The notes below the pieces were generated by a model. That model saw nothing but the letters and a program-made list of their open reading frames with translations. It made no database searches and was not told the DNA's origin. Positions 35,730 to 50,000 of a stretch of DNA of 64,000 nt are shown here, piece by piece. The position numbers and the translations under genes were made by a program. Origin of the DNA: Mobula hypostoma (lineage: Eukaryota). The stretch is taken from NCBI RefSeq assembly GCF_963921235.1, contig NC_086108.1, positions 105,588,001 to 105,652,000 on the forward strand, in the 5' to 3' direction. Within the stretch, counting starts at the first letter, position 1, and every line of letters starts with the position of its first letter.

Positions 35730-38700
35730 CATAAGACATAGGTGTCGAATTAGGCTGTTTCGCCAGTCCATCATGACTGATTTATTATCTCTCTCAACCT
35801 CATTCTTCTGCCTTCTCCCAATAACCTTTGATGCCCTGATTAATCAAGAACCTATCAACCTCCCCCTTAAATATACCCAATGACTTGAGCTGCACAGCTG
35901 TCTGTGGCAATAAATTCCACAGGTTCACCACCCTCTGGCTGAAGATATTTTCCTCATCTTTGTTCCAAATGGAAGTCTCTCTATTCTGAGATTCTGTCCT
36001 CTGGTCCTAGACACCCCACTATATCAAACATCCTCTTTACATCCACTCTGTCTTGGCAGGCCTTTAATATTTGATAGGTTTTAATGAAATCGCTCTTCAT
36101 TCTTCTAAACTCCAGCAGGTGAAGGCCCAGAACTATCAAAAGCTCTTTGTATATGAACTCTTTCATTTCTGGGATTATTCTTGTGAACCTCCTGGACCGT
36201 CTCCAGTGCAAGCACATCTTTTCTTAGATAAGGAGCTCAAAACTGCTCACAATACACCAAGTGCAGTCTGACCAATGCCTTATAAAGCCTCAGCATTAGA
36301 TCCTTGCTTTTGTATTTTAGTCCTCTCAAAATAAATGATCACATTGCATTTGCCATCTTTACTACCAACTCAATCTGCAAGTTAACCTTTAGAGGATACT
36401 GCATGAGGAATCCGAAGCCCCTTTAAAGCCCTAATTTTTGAATTTTATCCCTGTTTAAAAAATAGTCAACTCCGTTATTCCTTCCACTAATGCCCATGAC
36501 CATACACTTCCCTACATTATATTCCACTTGCCTCTTGTTTGCCCAATGTCCCAATCTGTCTAAGTCCTGTGGAATCCCTGCCTCCTTCAATACTGCTTGC
36601 TTCTTCACCTATCTTCATATCCTGTAGACCTGGACATAAAGCCATTAAATCCTACATCCAAATCATTGACATTTAACGTGGAAGAAGTAGGTCCAATACC
36701 AACCCCAATGTCACACTATTAGCCACTGGCACTCCAGAAAAGGACTCCTTAATCCCACTCTTTGCCTCCTGCTAGTCAGCCAATCTTCCCTCCATGCTAG
36801 TATATTTCCTGTAATACCATGAGCTCTTGTTAAGCAGCCTTATGTGTGGCACCTTGTCAAAGGCCTTCTGAAAATCCAAGTAAACAACATCCACTGACAT
36901 TCCTTAGTCTATCCTACCCGTAATTTCCTCAAAGAATTCCAAAAGATTTGTTAGGCAAGATTTTCCATCGCGGAAACCATGCTAACTTTGCTTATTTAAT
37001 CATATGCTTCCAAGTACCCCAAAACAACATCCTTAACATTGACTCCAACATCTTTCCAACCACTGAAGTCAGGTAACTGGCATATAGCTTCCATTCTTCT
37101 GCCTCCCTCCTTTCTTAAAGAGTAGAGTAACATTTGCAAACTTCCAGTCCTCCAGAACCATCCCAGAATCTAGTAATTCATGAAAGATCATTACTAATGC
37201 CTCTACAATCACTTCAGCTGTCTTTTTCAGAACCCTGGAACGTAGTTGATCTGCTCCTTTCATCTTTCCAAGCTCTTTCTCCTCAGTAACAGCAACAACA
37301 CTCACTTCTGCCACATTTCTAGCATACTGCTAGTGACTGCTACTGTGAACACTAATGCAAAATATTTATTCAGTTTGTCCACCATATTTTTGTCCCACAT
37401 TATCATCTTTCCAGTGGTCCAATATCCACTCTCGTCTCTCTTTTACACCTTTTGTATCTGAAAAAGCAACATCGGTATCATTGGCTGGCTCACTTTGTTG
37501 CCTTCTAATTGGTTTTTAAGAGATGTGCACTAATTTTTGCTATATTATATGCTCTCTGTTTTGCTTTTATGTTGTCTTTGACTTCCCTTGTCATCCACGG
37601 TTGCCTCATCCACTCCTTAGAATACTTCTTCACCTTTAGGATGTATGTATCATGTGCCTTCCCATTTGCCTGCAGATGCTCCAACCATTGCTGAACGGCA
37701 GCCATCCCTGATAAAGTTCCCTTCCAATCAAATTTTGCCAGCTCCTCTCACGTGCCTCTTTATTCCCTTTACCCCATTGTAACGCTGGGACTTCAAGATG
37801 GCGCCAGCGAACAACACAACCAGTGGCAGCATCCTGCAGACTGTTCACAAAACTATTTCTTTAACTTCTTCCTCTTCTTTCAAATACATTTCTGCTACAA
37901 AATTGCATGCAACTGGAACCTGTGATTTACATTTTGATGGTGTGTTTTTGGGCTGGTTGTGAGATTTGGTGCGTTGCTGCCTCTGAGGGAGTTTGGTGAG
38001 GTTTGGAATGGAGTGTGTGGCCTGAAGGTCTGGAAGCCTGGAGACAGGGCAGGAGCCCGTGGTCTACTCCACTGTTTTTCTATGATTGAGGCGTCAGGCA
38101 AGGTTGAAATTGACAAAGGTGAGAGAAGAGTAAAAGGTGGGTATTTGGTGTCATCTGCCTGTACTTGATGGGTCCTCCTATCCCTCTCCCTAGCTGCTGT
38201 CAGAAGAAAGTACAGGGGTCTTGGGATCCAAGTTGCAGGGATTAATTGGTGAGGTTATGGACTCATTTTGGGTGACTTTGAGGTTCATGTTGCATGTGTT
38301 TCTGGATTCTGGTTACTGTTTTCTTTTGTTGTTTTTGAGCAGTTTGATCAGGGAGATCGATGCAGATAGGGCGTTTCAGTGAAGAATGCTTTGCCCTATG
38401 GCTTGCAGAGGCTAGCAGTATGGTGCTGAACCTAACTAAACTGAATACTTCTGGACTCCTGGTATGATGTTTGTTATTCTGTGTGTTATTCATTCGCTTT
38501 TTGCTATATGCACAAATTTGTTCTATCTTTGCGCATTAGGGATTTGATGTTTCCTTGAATGGGTTCCATCTGTTTCTTTGTTTTGGGGCTACCAGTGGGA
38601 GGAAGAACCTCAGAGTTGTATACTGTGATAATAAAAGTAATTTGAATCTTTAATACTGAAATATCTGATTTTAGGTTCTCCTTCTCAAACTGCAGGTTGA

Positions 38701-38960
38701 ATACTATCATATTATGATCATTGTTTCCTCAGGGTTCCTTTACCTTAAGCTCCATAATTAAATCTTGGTTATTACATAGCACCCAATCCAAAATTACTTT
38801 TCCTGTTGTGGGCTCAACCAGAAGTTGCGTGCTCTAAAAAACTATCTCGTAAGCATTCTACAAATTCCGTCTCTTGGGATCCATCACCAAATTGATTTTC
38901 CCAATCTACCTGCAGATTGAAATCCCCCACGACTGTCACATTACTGCCCTTTTTGCACCT
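35730..38960 (-). mobile_element. Old CR1 LINE, heavily degraded, interrupted at about 37785-38650
   Basis: LEDWKFANVTLLFKKG, DLDRLGHWANKRQVEYNVGKC and other ORF2 remnants on the minus strand. Confidence 0.85.
37785..38650 (+). mobile_element. Non-autonomous non-LTR element with AAGATGGCG head and LINE-like tail
   Basis: Starts ttcaagatggcgcc and ends ...gataataaaagtaatttgaatct; 37960-38650 is homologous to 40040-40720; interrupts a CR1. Confidence 0.6.
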
Positions 38961-41900
38961 TTCCCATTGCCTATGGCCCAATAGGGGTAATAGACTTAAG
39001 TAAGCATACTAATCCCATTTGCTCGTGTTAGGACTGTATACTTCAATGCCTTGCCTATTCAAATGCCTGTCCAAATGCTTTTTAAAAGTGGTCATTCTAT
39101 CTGATTCCACCACTTGTATCGAATTCTAGATGTCAAGCACATTCAGTATGAAAAAGCTCCCCTCAAGCCCTCTTTTAACCTCCTTACCTGTTTCCTTTGT
39201 TTTGATTCGCCTACCATTTAGATTGAACACCCTGGCTGCCAGCAGTGTCTGGCCTCTCTATTGGATTAGCATTAACAGTACTATCTTTCTAGTAGTTTAA
39301 CTTTATTTATGGTCCCTTATATGTTCGTATAATTACCTGTAAGTTTTCGCTCGATTTCAGTAATTTGTAGTATAGATGGTTCTGCACTTTGGAAGATTGT
39401 TTTTTGCCTGCAAACCTGTTTCATGGCAGCGTAGATCAAGGCTACCTTTGTTGTTTCACAGACTGTCCTTATCAGAGAGAATTCCCTCATTTAACCAGCT
39501 TCATATCCCGATTCAGATTCATTTATTTATCACATGTACATCAATGCATACAGTGAGATGTGTCATTCGCGTTAACAACCATCACAAGCTAAGGATGTGT
39601 TGAGGGCAGCCTGCAAGTGTCGCTACACATTCTGGGACCAACATGCCCACAATGCTCGGTGGAACAATACAGAACGCAACAAGCAACAAAACAACAGCAG
39701 CAAAACAAGCCCCTTTCCGCTCTCCCTCACACTCACACACAAGGATAGTCCTCCAACCCCATGCAGTCCTTCAGGCCTCCAGTCTCCAGTCTCCAGGCTT
39801 TACCTATTATTGGGCTTCAACATCCACCGGACTTTGATCAACCCTTGGGCTTCGATCTTTGGTATTGACCCCTCGACTAGCTGATGATGAGACCCTGAGT
39901 TCCACGCCTTGAACTCTGGGTTCGCTGACTCACTGGTCCTTGTGACTCCTGCAGACATTCGATCCTGAGATACCCTGATATCCACAGGTATCTTTCGCCA
40001 CTTGTCGCATCACTGACCTCCAAGCAGGAAGCGGAGGCCTAAGCTCGCTTTGCTGTTTCCGAGGGTGTTCGGTGAGGTTAGGAGTGGAGAGTGTGACCTG
40101 AAAGCCTGGAGACAGGGTGCAAGCCCATGATCTGCTCCGTTGTTTCTCTCCGACTGAGTCATCGAACAAGGTTGAAGTCAACGAGGCCGAGAGCGGAGGG
40201 TGAGCGGGTGTTCAGCACCATCTACCTGTGTTTGACTGATCTACACCTCCCTCTCGCTAGCTGCTGTTAGAGGAAAGTGAGTTCCATGTTAAAAGGGTTG
40301 ATCAGGGAAGTTTGCGGCTGTGGATTTGTTCTGGGAAAATTTGAAGCTCATGCTGCATTTGTTTCTGGATTCTAGTTATACTTTTTGTTTACAGTTTTTG
40401 AGCAGTTTGATTGAGATGATTGGTGATGATGAGGGTGCTTTGGTGAAGAGTGGCTCTGTGGCCTGCGGCAGGTGAGCAGTGCTGAACCGAACAGACCTGA
40501 ACACTCCCAGACCCTGGTTTGATGTTTGATATTTTGTGCGCTATTCACTTGCTTTTTTGCTGTTGGCGCAATTTGCTCTTTTTTCGTGTGTTGGGTGTCT
40601 GATGTTTTTCTAGGAGTGGGTTCCATTGTGTTTCTTTGTTTCATGGTTGCCCGCAGGAAGATGAATCTCCATTGTATTCTGTACGCATACTCTGATTAAT
40701 AAATGTGCTCTGAACTTTAGACGCTGAATGGCCTTCTTCACCCGCCCACGTTGCTGGCCTTCGAGCATGGAGTGGAGGCCTTTATGGCCTTACGGAGTTT
40801 GTATGTTCTTCCTGTGACTGTGTGGCTTTCCTCTACGTGCCCCGGCTTCCTGCCACATTCCAAAGACGTATGCTTAGAGTTAAGTGAGTTGTGGGCATGC
40901 TATATTGGTGCCAGAATTGTAATGTCCCTTGGAGGCTGCACCCAGCACAATCCCAGTGGATTTGATTTGAGGCAAACAATGCATTTCAATGTACATTTGA
41001 CAAATAAAACTAATCTTAATCTTTACATCTTGATTTTTAATAATAGGTTTGCTTGATGTCATTAGGTATACTTAAAGTAGAGGTTAATAGGTTCTTGATT
41101 AGTAAAGTCCTCAAAGGTTACAGGGAGAAGGAGGGAGAACAGAATTGAAAAGGATAATAAATCAGGCAAGATAGAATGGTGGATCAGACTCGATGGGCTG
41201 AATGGCCAAATTCTGTTCCTATGTCTTATGGTGTATGGTTTTACATCAATGTACCGTACACCAACACACTTCAATAGGACTCCAGGCGCAGGCATTATTT
41301 TGATGGGTGGAATGCCTTAATTCGGCATTGTATTTTATGTTGTTATGGTTTGTAATTATATTTTCTTGTTACAATGCGTGAATAGGAAAAGATTTCACTG
41401 TGATCTGGAGTCAATAAAATGAGGAACTGGAATCAAGAAAAGTAATGAAAAAAGTGAGCAGGAAATGAGAGTGATAAATTATGCATTTCAGATCGTAACC
41501 CCGTAGCGAGCTGCGCAGTGAATACATCGCCTGAAAGGGCCACAGACGCAGATTCAATAGTCTCATTCAAAAAAAGGTTAAATATGTTCTTGAAATGCAG
41601 GAATTTATAGGGTTGAGAGTTATAAGCAGCCAACTAATTAGATAATTCTGTGAAGTGACAGATAGATAGAATGTATGGAACAGCCTCCTACTGTGATGTG
41701 GTTTTCCGTAATTAAGGTAGCAGGAAATAATTAGACAGTCCACGACGGACGGTCCAAACCAGGCTGCAAAAGGAGGAGAGTTAGGCATGAGGCTAGCAAC
41801 CCCATCCTGTAAAAACACAGTGTTACAGGAATGTCAAGCTAAGCTCCAAAGACCTCATCCCTGGAGATGAAGGATACACCAAGAAGATGGGCTGCAGCTG

Positions 41901-43188
41901 GAGACAATGTGGAAGACTGGCCTAGGACAGAGGAATCTGGCAAGTTGCTGTCGGCCCCCTATAACCAGTATTGGTGATGGGGGGGGTGCAGTATGACTAT
42001 AGGACCATAAGAAATAGGAGCAGAATTAGGCCATTTGCTCCATCAAGTCTGCTCCTCATGGCTGCCCCATTTCTATCTGACTGCCAATCCCCTGCCTCCT
42101 CCCCGTAACCTTTCATGCCTTACTAGTTAAGAATCTATCAACCTCTGACTTGAATATACTCAATGCCTTGGCCTCTGCAACTGCCTATGGCGGCGAATTC
42201 CACAGACTCGCCACTCCCTAAGTAAAGAAATTCCTTCTCATCTCTGTTCTAAATGGACATCCCTCTATTCTGAGGCTGGGCCTCTGGTCCTAGACTCCCC
42301 CACCATCGGAAACATCTTTTCCACATCCACTCCATCAAGACCTTTCAACATTCAATAAGTTTCAGTGAGATCCCATCACCCTCCTCCCGCCCCCCACCCG
42401 TCATTCTTCTCAATTCCAAGGTGTACAGTCCCAGAGACATTCATTCGTCCTCATATGGTAACACTTTCACTCCTGGAATGATTCTCACGAACCTCCTCTG
42501 AACCATCTGTACTCGATGAAATTTAGAAGGATGAGGGGGATCTATAGAACATAGAATAGTACAGCACAGTACAGGCTCTTCGGCCCACAATGTTGTGCCA
42601 ACCCTCAAACCCTGCCTCCCATATAAGCCCCCACCTTAGATTCCTCCATATTCCTCCATATTTCTCATTGAAAGCTTTTGAATGTTGAAAGGCCTAGACA
42701 GAGTAGATGCGGAAAGGATGTTTCCCATGGTGAGAGAGTCTAGGACAAGAGGGCACAGCCTCAGGATAGAGGGGTATCCATTTAAAACAGACATGCAGAG
42801 AAATTTCTTTAGCCAGAGGGTGGTGAATTTGTGGAACTTGTAGCCGTATGCAACTGTGAAGGTCAGGTTGTTGGGTGCATTTAAGGCAGAGATTAATAGG
42901 CTCTTGATTAGCCATGGCATCAAAGGTTACGGGGAGAAGGCCAGGAACTGGGGTTGAGGAGGAGACAAAAAAGCATCAGCCATGATTGAATGGCAGAGCA
43001 GACTTGATGAGCCAGATGGCCTAATTCTGCTCCTATGTCTTATGGTCTTATGGTCTCTCCAATGTCAGCACATTTTAGATAAGGAGCCTAAAACTGCTCA
43101 CAGTACTCCAAGTGAGGCCTTATGAGTACCTTATAGAGCTTCCACATTACATCCTTGTTTTTATATTCTGGTCCTCTCGATAGGATAC

Positions 43189-46100
43189 TGTTGTGTCTGC
43201 ACACCACTATATATCGATTAAGTGAAAGCACACACACAGGAAATGGCTTTAATTAGTGCATTCACATTGCAGTGAGAGTGAGAGAGAACAATATGCATGC
43301 ATAGACAACAGGTCAATGCCCATGCGCAGACAACAGATCAATACGCAGTGCTTAGGGAGAGGGAGCCCTCTAAAAGAAATAGATTCATGCATTACACTTC
43401 CTTCCCTTTAGATTAATGCAAGATAAAACTGTAAATGCACAAAACATTCAATCTCTCTTTCTTAAACCCATATTCCAAATAAAGTTGCTTTCACAATAGC
43501 AGTTGATCACTAACTTCACAGTTCTAAAGGTTCTGTCTTTTGGGTGGTGTTCCACTTCTTTCGGGAGAGCGCCTCTGGACCTGTGGACTGACATCAGGTT
43601 TGGCAGGTGTCTTGTCGATGGTAACATTCTGGTCACACCTCTGGACCTGTGGAGAGGCATTGGGTTGGTAGGTGTCTTGTCTAAGACAACATTCACAGTT
43701 TCCAATGTCACTTTACTATCCATGACAGGATCATCGCTGAGAAGTAAGTCCGGTGACTATAACGTGTCTGTCTTGTTGGATGTAGTCAACTCAGGTGTGC
43801 TCTTCCTTTGTTCATCCAGTATTTGATCCACATTACATCTCCATGTCTGATCTCCAACAATCACCGTGTACATCAGCAGTCCAGTTCTTGTAGCTATCCT
43901 ACCAGGTGTCCAATCGTCTTCTCGGTAATCACGCGCTCGGACTTCCTGTCCAATCTCAAAGCTCCTTGCTGATTTACTTAGCAACTGGCTGACCTGCTTA
44001 TTCTGCACTTCCCTCCATAGCAACACACAAAAAAGTTGCTGGTGAACGCAGCAGGCCAGGCAGCATCTCTAGGAAGAGGTACAGGCGACGTTTTGGGCCG
44101 GGACCCTTTGTCAGGACTAACTGAAAGAAGAGCTAGTAAGAGATTTGAAAGACTCTCCATTGGTCTGGTTTCAGGAGTTCTATGCGAGATCTTAGATTCC
44201 TGTTCATGAACAGCATTGCAGGAGTTTGATTTGTCATCACATAAACAGAGTTCCAATACACAAAAAGGAAGGTGTCCACCTTGTGCTGTAGAGAAATTTC
44301 CTCCGTGTCCATTACTTTAATAGACTTCTTGAAGATTTAGATAAATCTTTCGGCTGGGTGGTGAGGAGCTGGCTTGAAATGTCTCATGCCATTTTTCTTC
44401 ATGAACAGTCGGAATTCTTCTGATGTGTATTGTAGTTTGTTGTCACTCAAAATTTGTTCTGGTAAGCCATTTCTAGTGAAGAAAGTCCTCAGAATACAGT
44501 CTTTACTGAGGTGGTTGACTTCATTTGTATAACCTCTGGCCACTTGGAATGAACATCCACTGCAATCAGAAACATGGAGTCCATGACTGGCCCAGCAAAG
44601 TCAATATGTACTCTTTGCCATAGTGAAGATGGCCACTCACACTTGTGTAACAGTGCCTTTGGGGTGCATTTTGAAATTTTTGGCATCCTGAACAGCTTTT
44701 GGCCAAGTCTTTGATCTGTTTATCTATTCCCTTCTCAGACACCTTCTGATTAGCATTAAGAAGCTGCGACAGCCTCTGGTGAGTGCTAACATCTGGGCTG
44801 AAGTTGTCTGTTGATGTCACACTGAGAGCTCTGACTGATTGCCACTCCAGTTGGACTTTTCTCAACCATTCACATCTGAAAAGTGCTGACCCTCCACTTT
44901 CCAACACATAAGCTCTAACTGTTCTCATATGTTACCTTAACTTGCAGTTTGCCTTTGGGGGATACTTTTTCACCTGCTTAGGTCTTTAGCATCACTAAGG
45001 TCTTCCTTAAAGGTATCTTAAAAAACAGTCTGCAATAGTCAGCCTTTGGAGTTACAGACAAAGCTGAAGCTATATCCAGCTTCATTTTCATTTTCACACC
45101 AGAGACATCTATTGTGATCCATATTATATTCCAATCTGCTTCAGTTATACTATGCACTTCTAGGCATGACTGTTCACCTTTGTCAGACTCTACGTTGCCT
45201 GATTCTGTTTTTCATTCGGTAACTTTATGTATTTGCTTATTTTTATGTTTGAGACTTTTTACTCGGTTGTACTTTTTGTCTGCCTTGCACACTCTCGCTA
45301 TGTGACCTTGTCTGTGACTCTTTCTGCAGATTTTTTTCTTTGAACCAACAGTCATTTGTATCATGAGAGGATTTGCCATATTGATAACATGTTTGTTTTT
45401 TTTGCACCATTCAGTGACATTTTGTGCATTTCACATTCTGACCTTGTCTGTGGTTGTACAGCATCTTTTGCTGCAGTTTCTAATGATATTGCAATGGTCA
45501 ACACCCATTCTAAGGTTAGGTCTCTTTCGGACAGAGTGCTTTGACTATGCATGCTACATACAAGTCTGTCCCTTAATGCATCAGAAAGTCCATCTCTAAA
45601 GTCACAGTACTGGAAAAGTTTGTATAGTTCTGCAATATACTCAGAAAGGCTTTCATCTTTTGCCCAGTTCCTTTAGTAAAATCTAAATCTCTCAGCTATT
45701 ACCAGCACTTTAGGACTCACGTGATTTTGTACAATTGTAACAATTTCATCAAATGTCTTACTTGCTGGCTTTTCAGAGGTTACTAAGTTGTGTAAGAGAC
45801 TGTACGTTCTTGGGCCCATTAAGCTAAGAAGTGTAGGGGCTTTCTTTTGCTCCTCCTTGTTGTTCTCATTACAATACAGTTCCACCCTCTCTATATACAA
45901 CACTCAGCCTTCATTAGCGCTATCAAATTCATCAGCTTTCCTGACTGAAGCCATCGCCATGTTATTTTCACTTTAAATTCAGCGCATCTTTCACTGTTAC
46001 TATGCACTGTAGTCACGCGTTCCTTTGATTGCGTCTGTGACGGCTTTTTCATGCTGTCTAACTCTCCCATTCCATCCCATAACCGTCGGTGCAGTTTGTG

Positions 46101-46318
46101 ATATTTTCTGACAGTCAGATTCGTACTCGTCATCTGTACTGACTGTGCACAACTATATCGACTAAATAAAAGCATGCACGCAGAAGATGGTTTTAACTAG
46201 AGTATTCACATTGCAGCAAGAGAGAGAGAGAACAATGTGCATGCGCAGACAACAGATCAATATGTAGTGTTGGGGGAGGGTGGTCATTGCTCCAAAAGAA
46301 ATAGATTTATACATTACA
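43189..46318 (-). mobile_element. Gypsy LTR retrotransposon, internally deleted (gag-PR-IN, no RT/RNase H)
   Basis: TG...CA LTRs at 43189-43396 and about 46135-46318; PPT aaaggggaaggaag next to the 3' LTR; TSD-like gatac/gatag; gag (ERVELYC...IAERFRFY; LRDRLVC), zinc knuckle (GHIARVC), integrase (SCSGCQ; WQRVHIDFAGP...DVHSKWPEV). Confidence 0.88.
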
Positions 46319-47001
46319 GATAGTATGAACTATAGTTAACTATAGTTCTGGTTACTACAAGTCCCATCTAACTGCACTCTCTCCAGTTCCTTATTTCTAG
46401 GTGTTTTTAGGTCTATATTAAATGATAGAGGTGTTTGAAAGGCTCTTGGATAGACTCGTGAAATAGGTAGAGAAAGGGGAAGAATATGGACCATATATGC
46501 AGGCGGGGTAGGTTAGTTTAATAGTTTAATTACTTTGGCACAACATTGTGGGCTGAACTGTGCTGTACTGTTCTATGCTCTATACTCTGTATCTGTGTAT
46601 GTGAAAGATGGAGATGTAAAGATAAAGACAACATTTAATATTACATTAACCATACATGTTACAGGTTTTTTAAGGTTGTTATAACCAAGGATGGTAATGG
46701 GGAGAAGTTGCCACTACCTATTAAATGCTCCCAATGGTGTGCGATTCAAATAGACTCTGGCATGGCCGACCCTGTCTGACTGAGGCCTCACTCATACGTG
46801 TCACAGGTTCCATGTTGTATAGGATAGCAACAGCATCAAACCTCCAGTCTTATCATTGAAGAACATAGGTAATACACAGATGAAGGAATAACAACCATCA
46901 CAGCATAAAGAATAATGAGGAATTGAAACTTAAAAAGGATAAGCTGCTTATTCTTAATTTATGGTGCAATTGCCAAGTGATTCAGGATTGTTAAATGTCA
47001 T

Positions 47002-50000
47002 TGTAGTGGCAAAACTAATCCAAAATCAAACTAAAAGCAATAATCACTTGCCTGGACTGTACAGACTGTTATACTTGCTTGACGTGCCCACAGCTCCAAT
47101 AATTGCTCCAAAAGCCGATCCCTTTATTTGATCCTTTATTAGTAATTAACAAATATACAATTAAGCATTATTGAGTGTGATCTCAGCGGTCAGCAAAAGA
47201 TATGACCTCTGCCAGTCGCAAGCCAGAAACTGGAACAAAATAAGCAAGGATGCCTAATTTATTCCCATCACTTTTACCACACCCCCACTTATGTGACGAG
47301 TTACCATAATAAATATAGTAAACGTGCAACGCGGAATACAAAGCAAAGAGGGAACAGATACAAAGCTCCTATGTATACGTTCAAGCCCCCTAATTATTAT
47401 GCTATAATAATTACATTTGCATGCTACTAAGACACAGGAGACATGAAATACCAACATTTACACAACTGCCCTCTTTTGGTAAGCAGCCTATCCTGGATTG
47501 TGCTTCTCCATTGCGAAACCAGTTTGTCCCATTCGGAAAAATCTGTCTTGAATCGCTATTGCCAAAGCACATTCACCCCTATCCGCAACTCAATTCCTGC
47601 TAAAGAAACATGCTTCAGGTGAGACCATTCCTGAAGATCCCTCTGACACTGAGCGTTCTCTTTGTAGACAGGCCCCATACGTTCCTGCATACAGATTTTA
47701 GGCAGTTCACAATTGTTCTAATCATTTAAGCCAGCCACTTCCAATCTTGAAATGACATTGCTACTCACATTGTTCCTCTTGACCAACGGTGTGTAAGAGA
47801 ATGCGTGTTCTTTTTCCTGTCAGGTTGAGCTGGTTCATGAGGCTCTCTGTGCAGAACATGTTGTACTTCCTTGATCTAGGAAAGCATAAGTAACCACTGT
47901 CTTGCTATTCTTCTTCGACTTCACCTGAACTGGAATGATAGGGAATTTACAGTCATGATTACCAACCCCGTAAGGACATTAGATACTGCGTTTAGGCTGG
48001 TTTAGAATCTGCACCCTTTTCATCAGCTCCAGGCTCATTTTCAGTTTCACTTTCCACAGTAGCCACAGTCATGGCAAACCTACTTTCTTTAGCTTGGGAA
48101 TGAACTTGTGATCTAGTTTTGTTCACACCTTTACTTACTGCCGGCAATGTAACATTGTATCTCTTTCCAAACACTGGGTGTGCAGCAATCTTAACCTGCC
48201 GTTCAATAAAATCAACAATGTTAGTGAAAGTAACCTTACGGTTGAGGCTTGCCTGCAGTTTATACACCGCCCGTCTCCATTCTTTCCAAAGTTCATCGGG
48301 CAATTTATTCACACAATCTTCACATTAACAGGCGTGTTCAACTCATGCATGGCCTGCACGTCTTCCATGGCATTGCAACAACTTCTAAGGAAAAGACTGC
48401 AATCTTGAAGAGCTTTTACATCTTCTAATTTAATATGTGGCCAAGAGAGAGCCTTTTCCACGTAGGCCTCAGCAATTTTGTGCACATCACCAAAGTGTTC
48501 CAGCAGTAGAAGCTGTACCTTTAGGTATCCTTGCTCCAGGCTGGCTCACTGGCAGCTTTTGACAAACTGCCTAGGGTAGCCTCCAGTGAATTGTTTGAGA
48601 AATTAGAGATGGTTCCATAATCATCAGTCTTGCTTTCAATGCTGTTCTTGAAAGTCCTCATAAGTGGATGATACTGCAATAGGTCACTATTGAAGACTTG
48701 AATCTCTCTTTTAGGCAGTGATGTTACACATTGTTGTTGCATCATTAAGCTTATTTCTTTTTTGTCCTTTATGGCCTGCAGCACAGCATTTAGGCCCTTA
48801 TTATCCGAAACATGGATGTCATCGTACCATAAACCAACGTTCTTAGAAGCACCTTGTACTACTGAATATGGCATAGGTTCAGTGTGCCTCCTCGGTGCAG
48901 GCTGAATGTGAACTACCCCTTGGGGTTCAAACTCATGGCTCCTCAAATATATCCACCTTGATGTCGAGTATTTTGGATTTTCTCTGTTCCATGTCGACGT
49001 AGAAACTCTGTCCAGAGAACTGGTCTGCTGGAATATGTTTAGCACCCACGGAACTCGAAGCCCTTAGCACTTTAACTCTGGCCATTTTGGCTGCAATTTC
49101 TTCTCGCAACTTAAGCTGCTCCCTCTTTCTTTGGATTTGTTCTTCCTGTTCTTCCAAAGCATGTTTCTTTTTTCTCCGAAGTTCTTCTGCCTGTTCCTCC
49201 AAAGGCTGTTTATCCCTCACTATTTGCTGTCTTGTATCTATTTTCTATGTTTCTATGTTTCTATGTATATAACTCAGTTAAATCAGCCTCCATTGTAATG
49301 CGTACTGATGTGGTATCAGACACACAAGACGTTATTCTAGAGGCTGCAGAATGTGCTGCACATACATTAGACATGCTGACTTCAACTTCATATGCAGTCA
49401 CAGCCTGTTCATTGACTTCTTAAGTATTTCAATCCCCCCAGGGAACTGAACTTCAACATTGCATATAGGTTTAATTTTCTTTCTTTGTCTTAGCTTCAAG
49501 GTCACTGCTTCCAGCTGAACTCATTTTGTCTTCTAACTGCACAAACCAGACAAAACAAAGGCAGTTTCAATTTAGCATTCAAGGGTTGAACACTTTAGGC
49601 AAACAACCCTCTACAGCTTTTCAGTCCAACCCAGCTGGAATGGCATCACTTGACCATTCAAAGCTGTGATTGAAAAAACCATACACACAGCATGAATCAA
49701 CAAAAGGTTATTACTTGACACAAGCTGTTGTGTTTCTAGTTTCTCGGATACATCTGAATGCTGATATTTGCTTGGTATAACTGTTGAAAACTTTTGCTAA
49801 CAGAAACTTTAGTGACATAAGAAATCCAAAATCAAAACGAAAAACAAATGCTGATTACCTGTGACCATGTGGACCGCTATACTCGAGTGCTGTGCCCAGA
49901 CCAATAATTGCTCCAACTGTTGAACCCTTTATTTGAGCCTTTATTAGCAATTAGCGAACATACGATTAAGAATTATTGAGCCTTATCTCAGCAGTCAGGA

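Noticed and set aside
46327..46348. Perfect 22-bp palindrome gaactatagttaactatagttc beside the Gypsy LTR
   Set aside because: Real, but explicable as a small duplication of a self-complementary 10-mer; no functional context.
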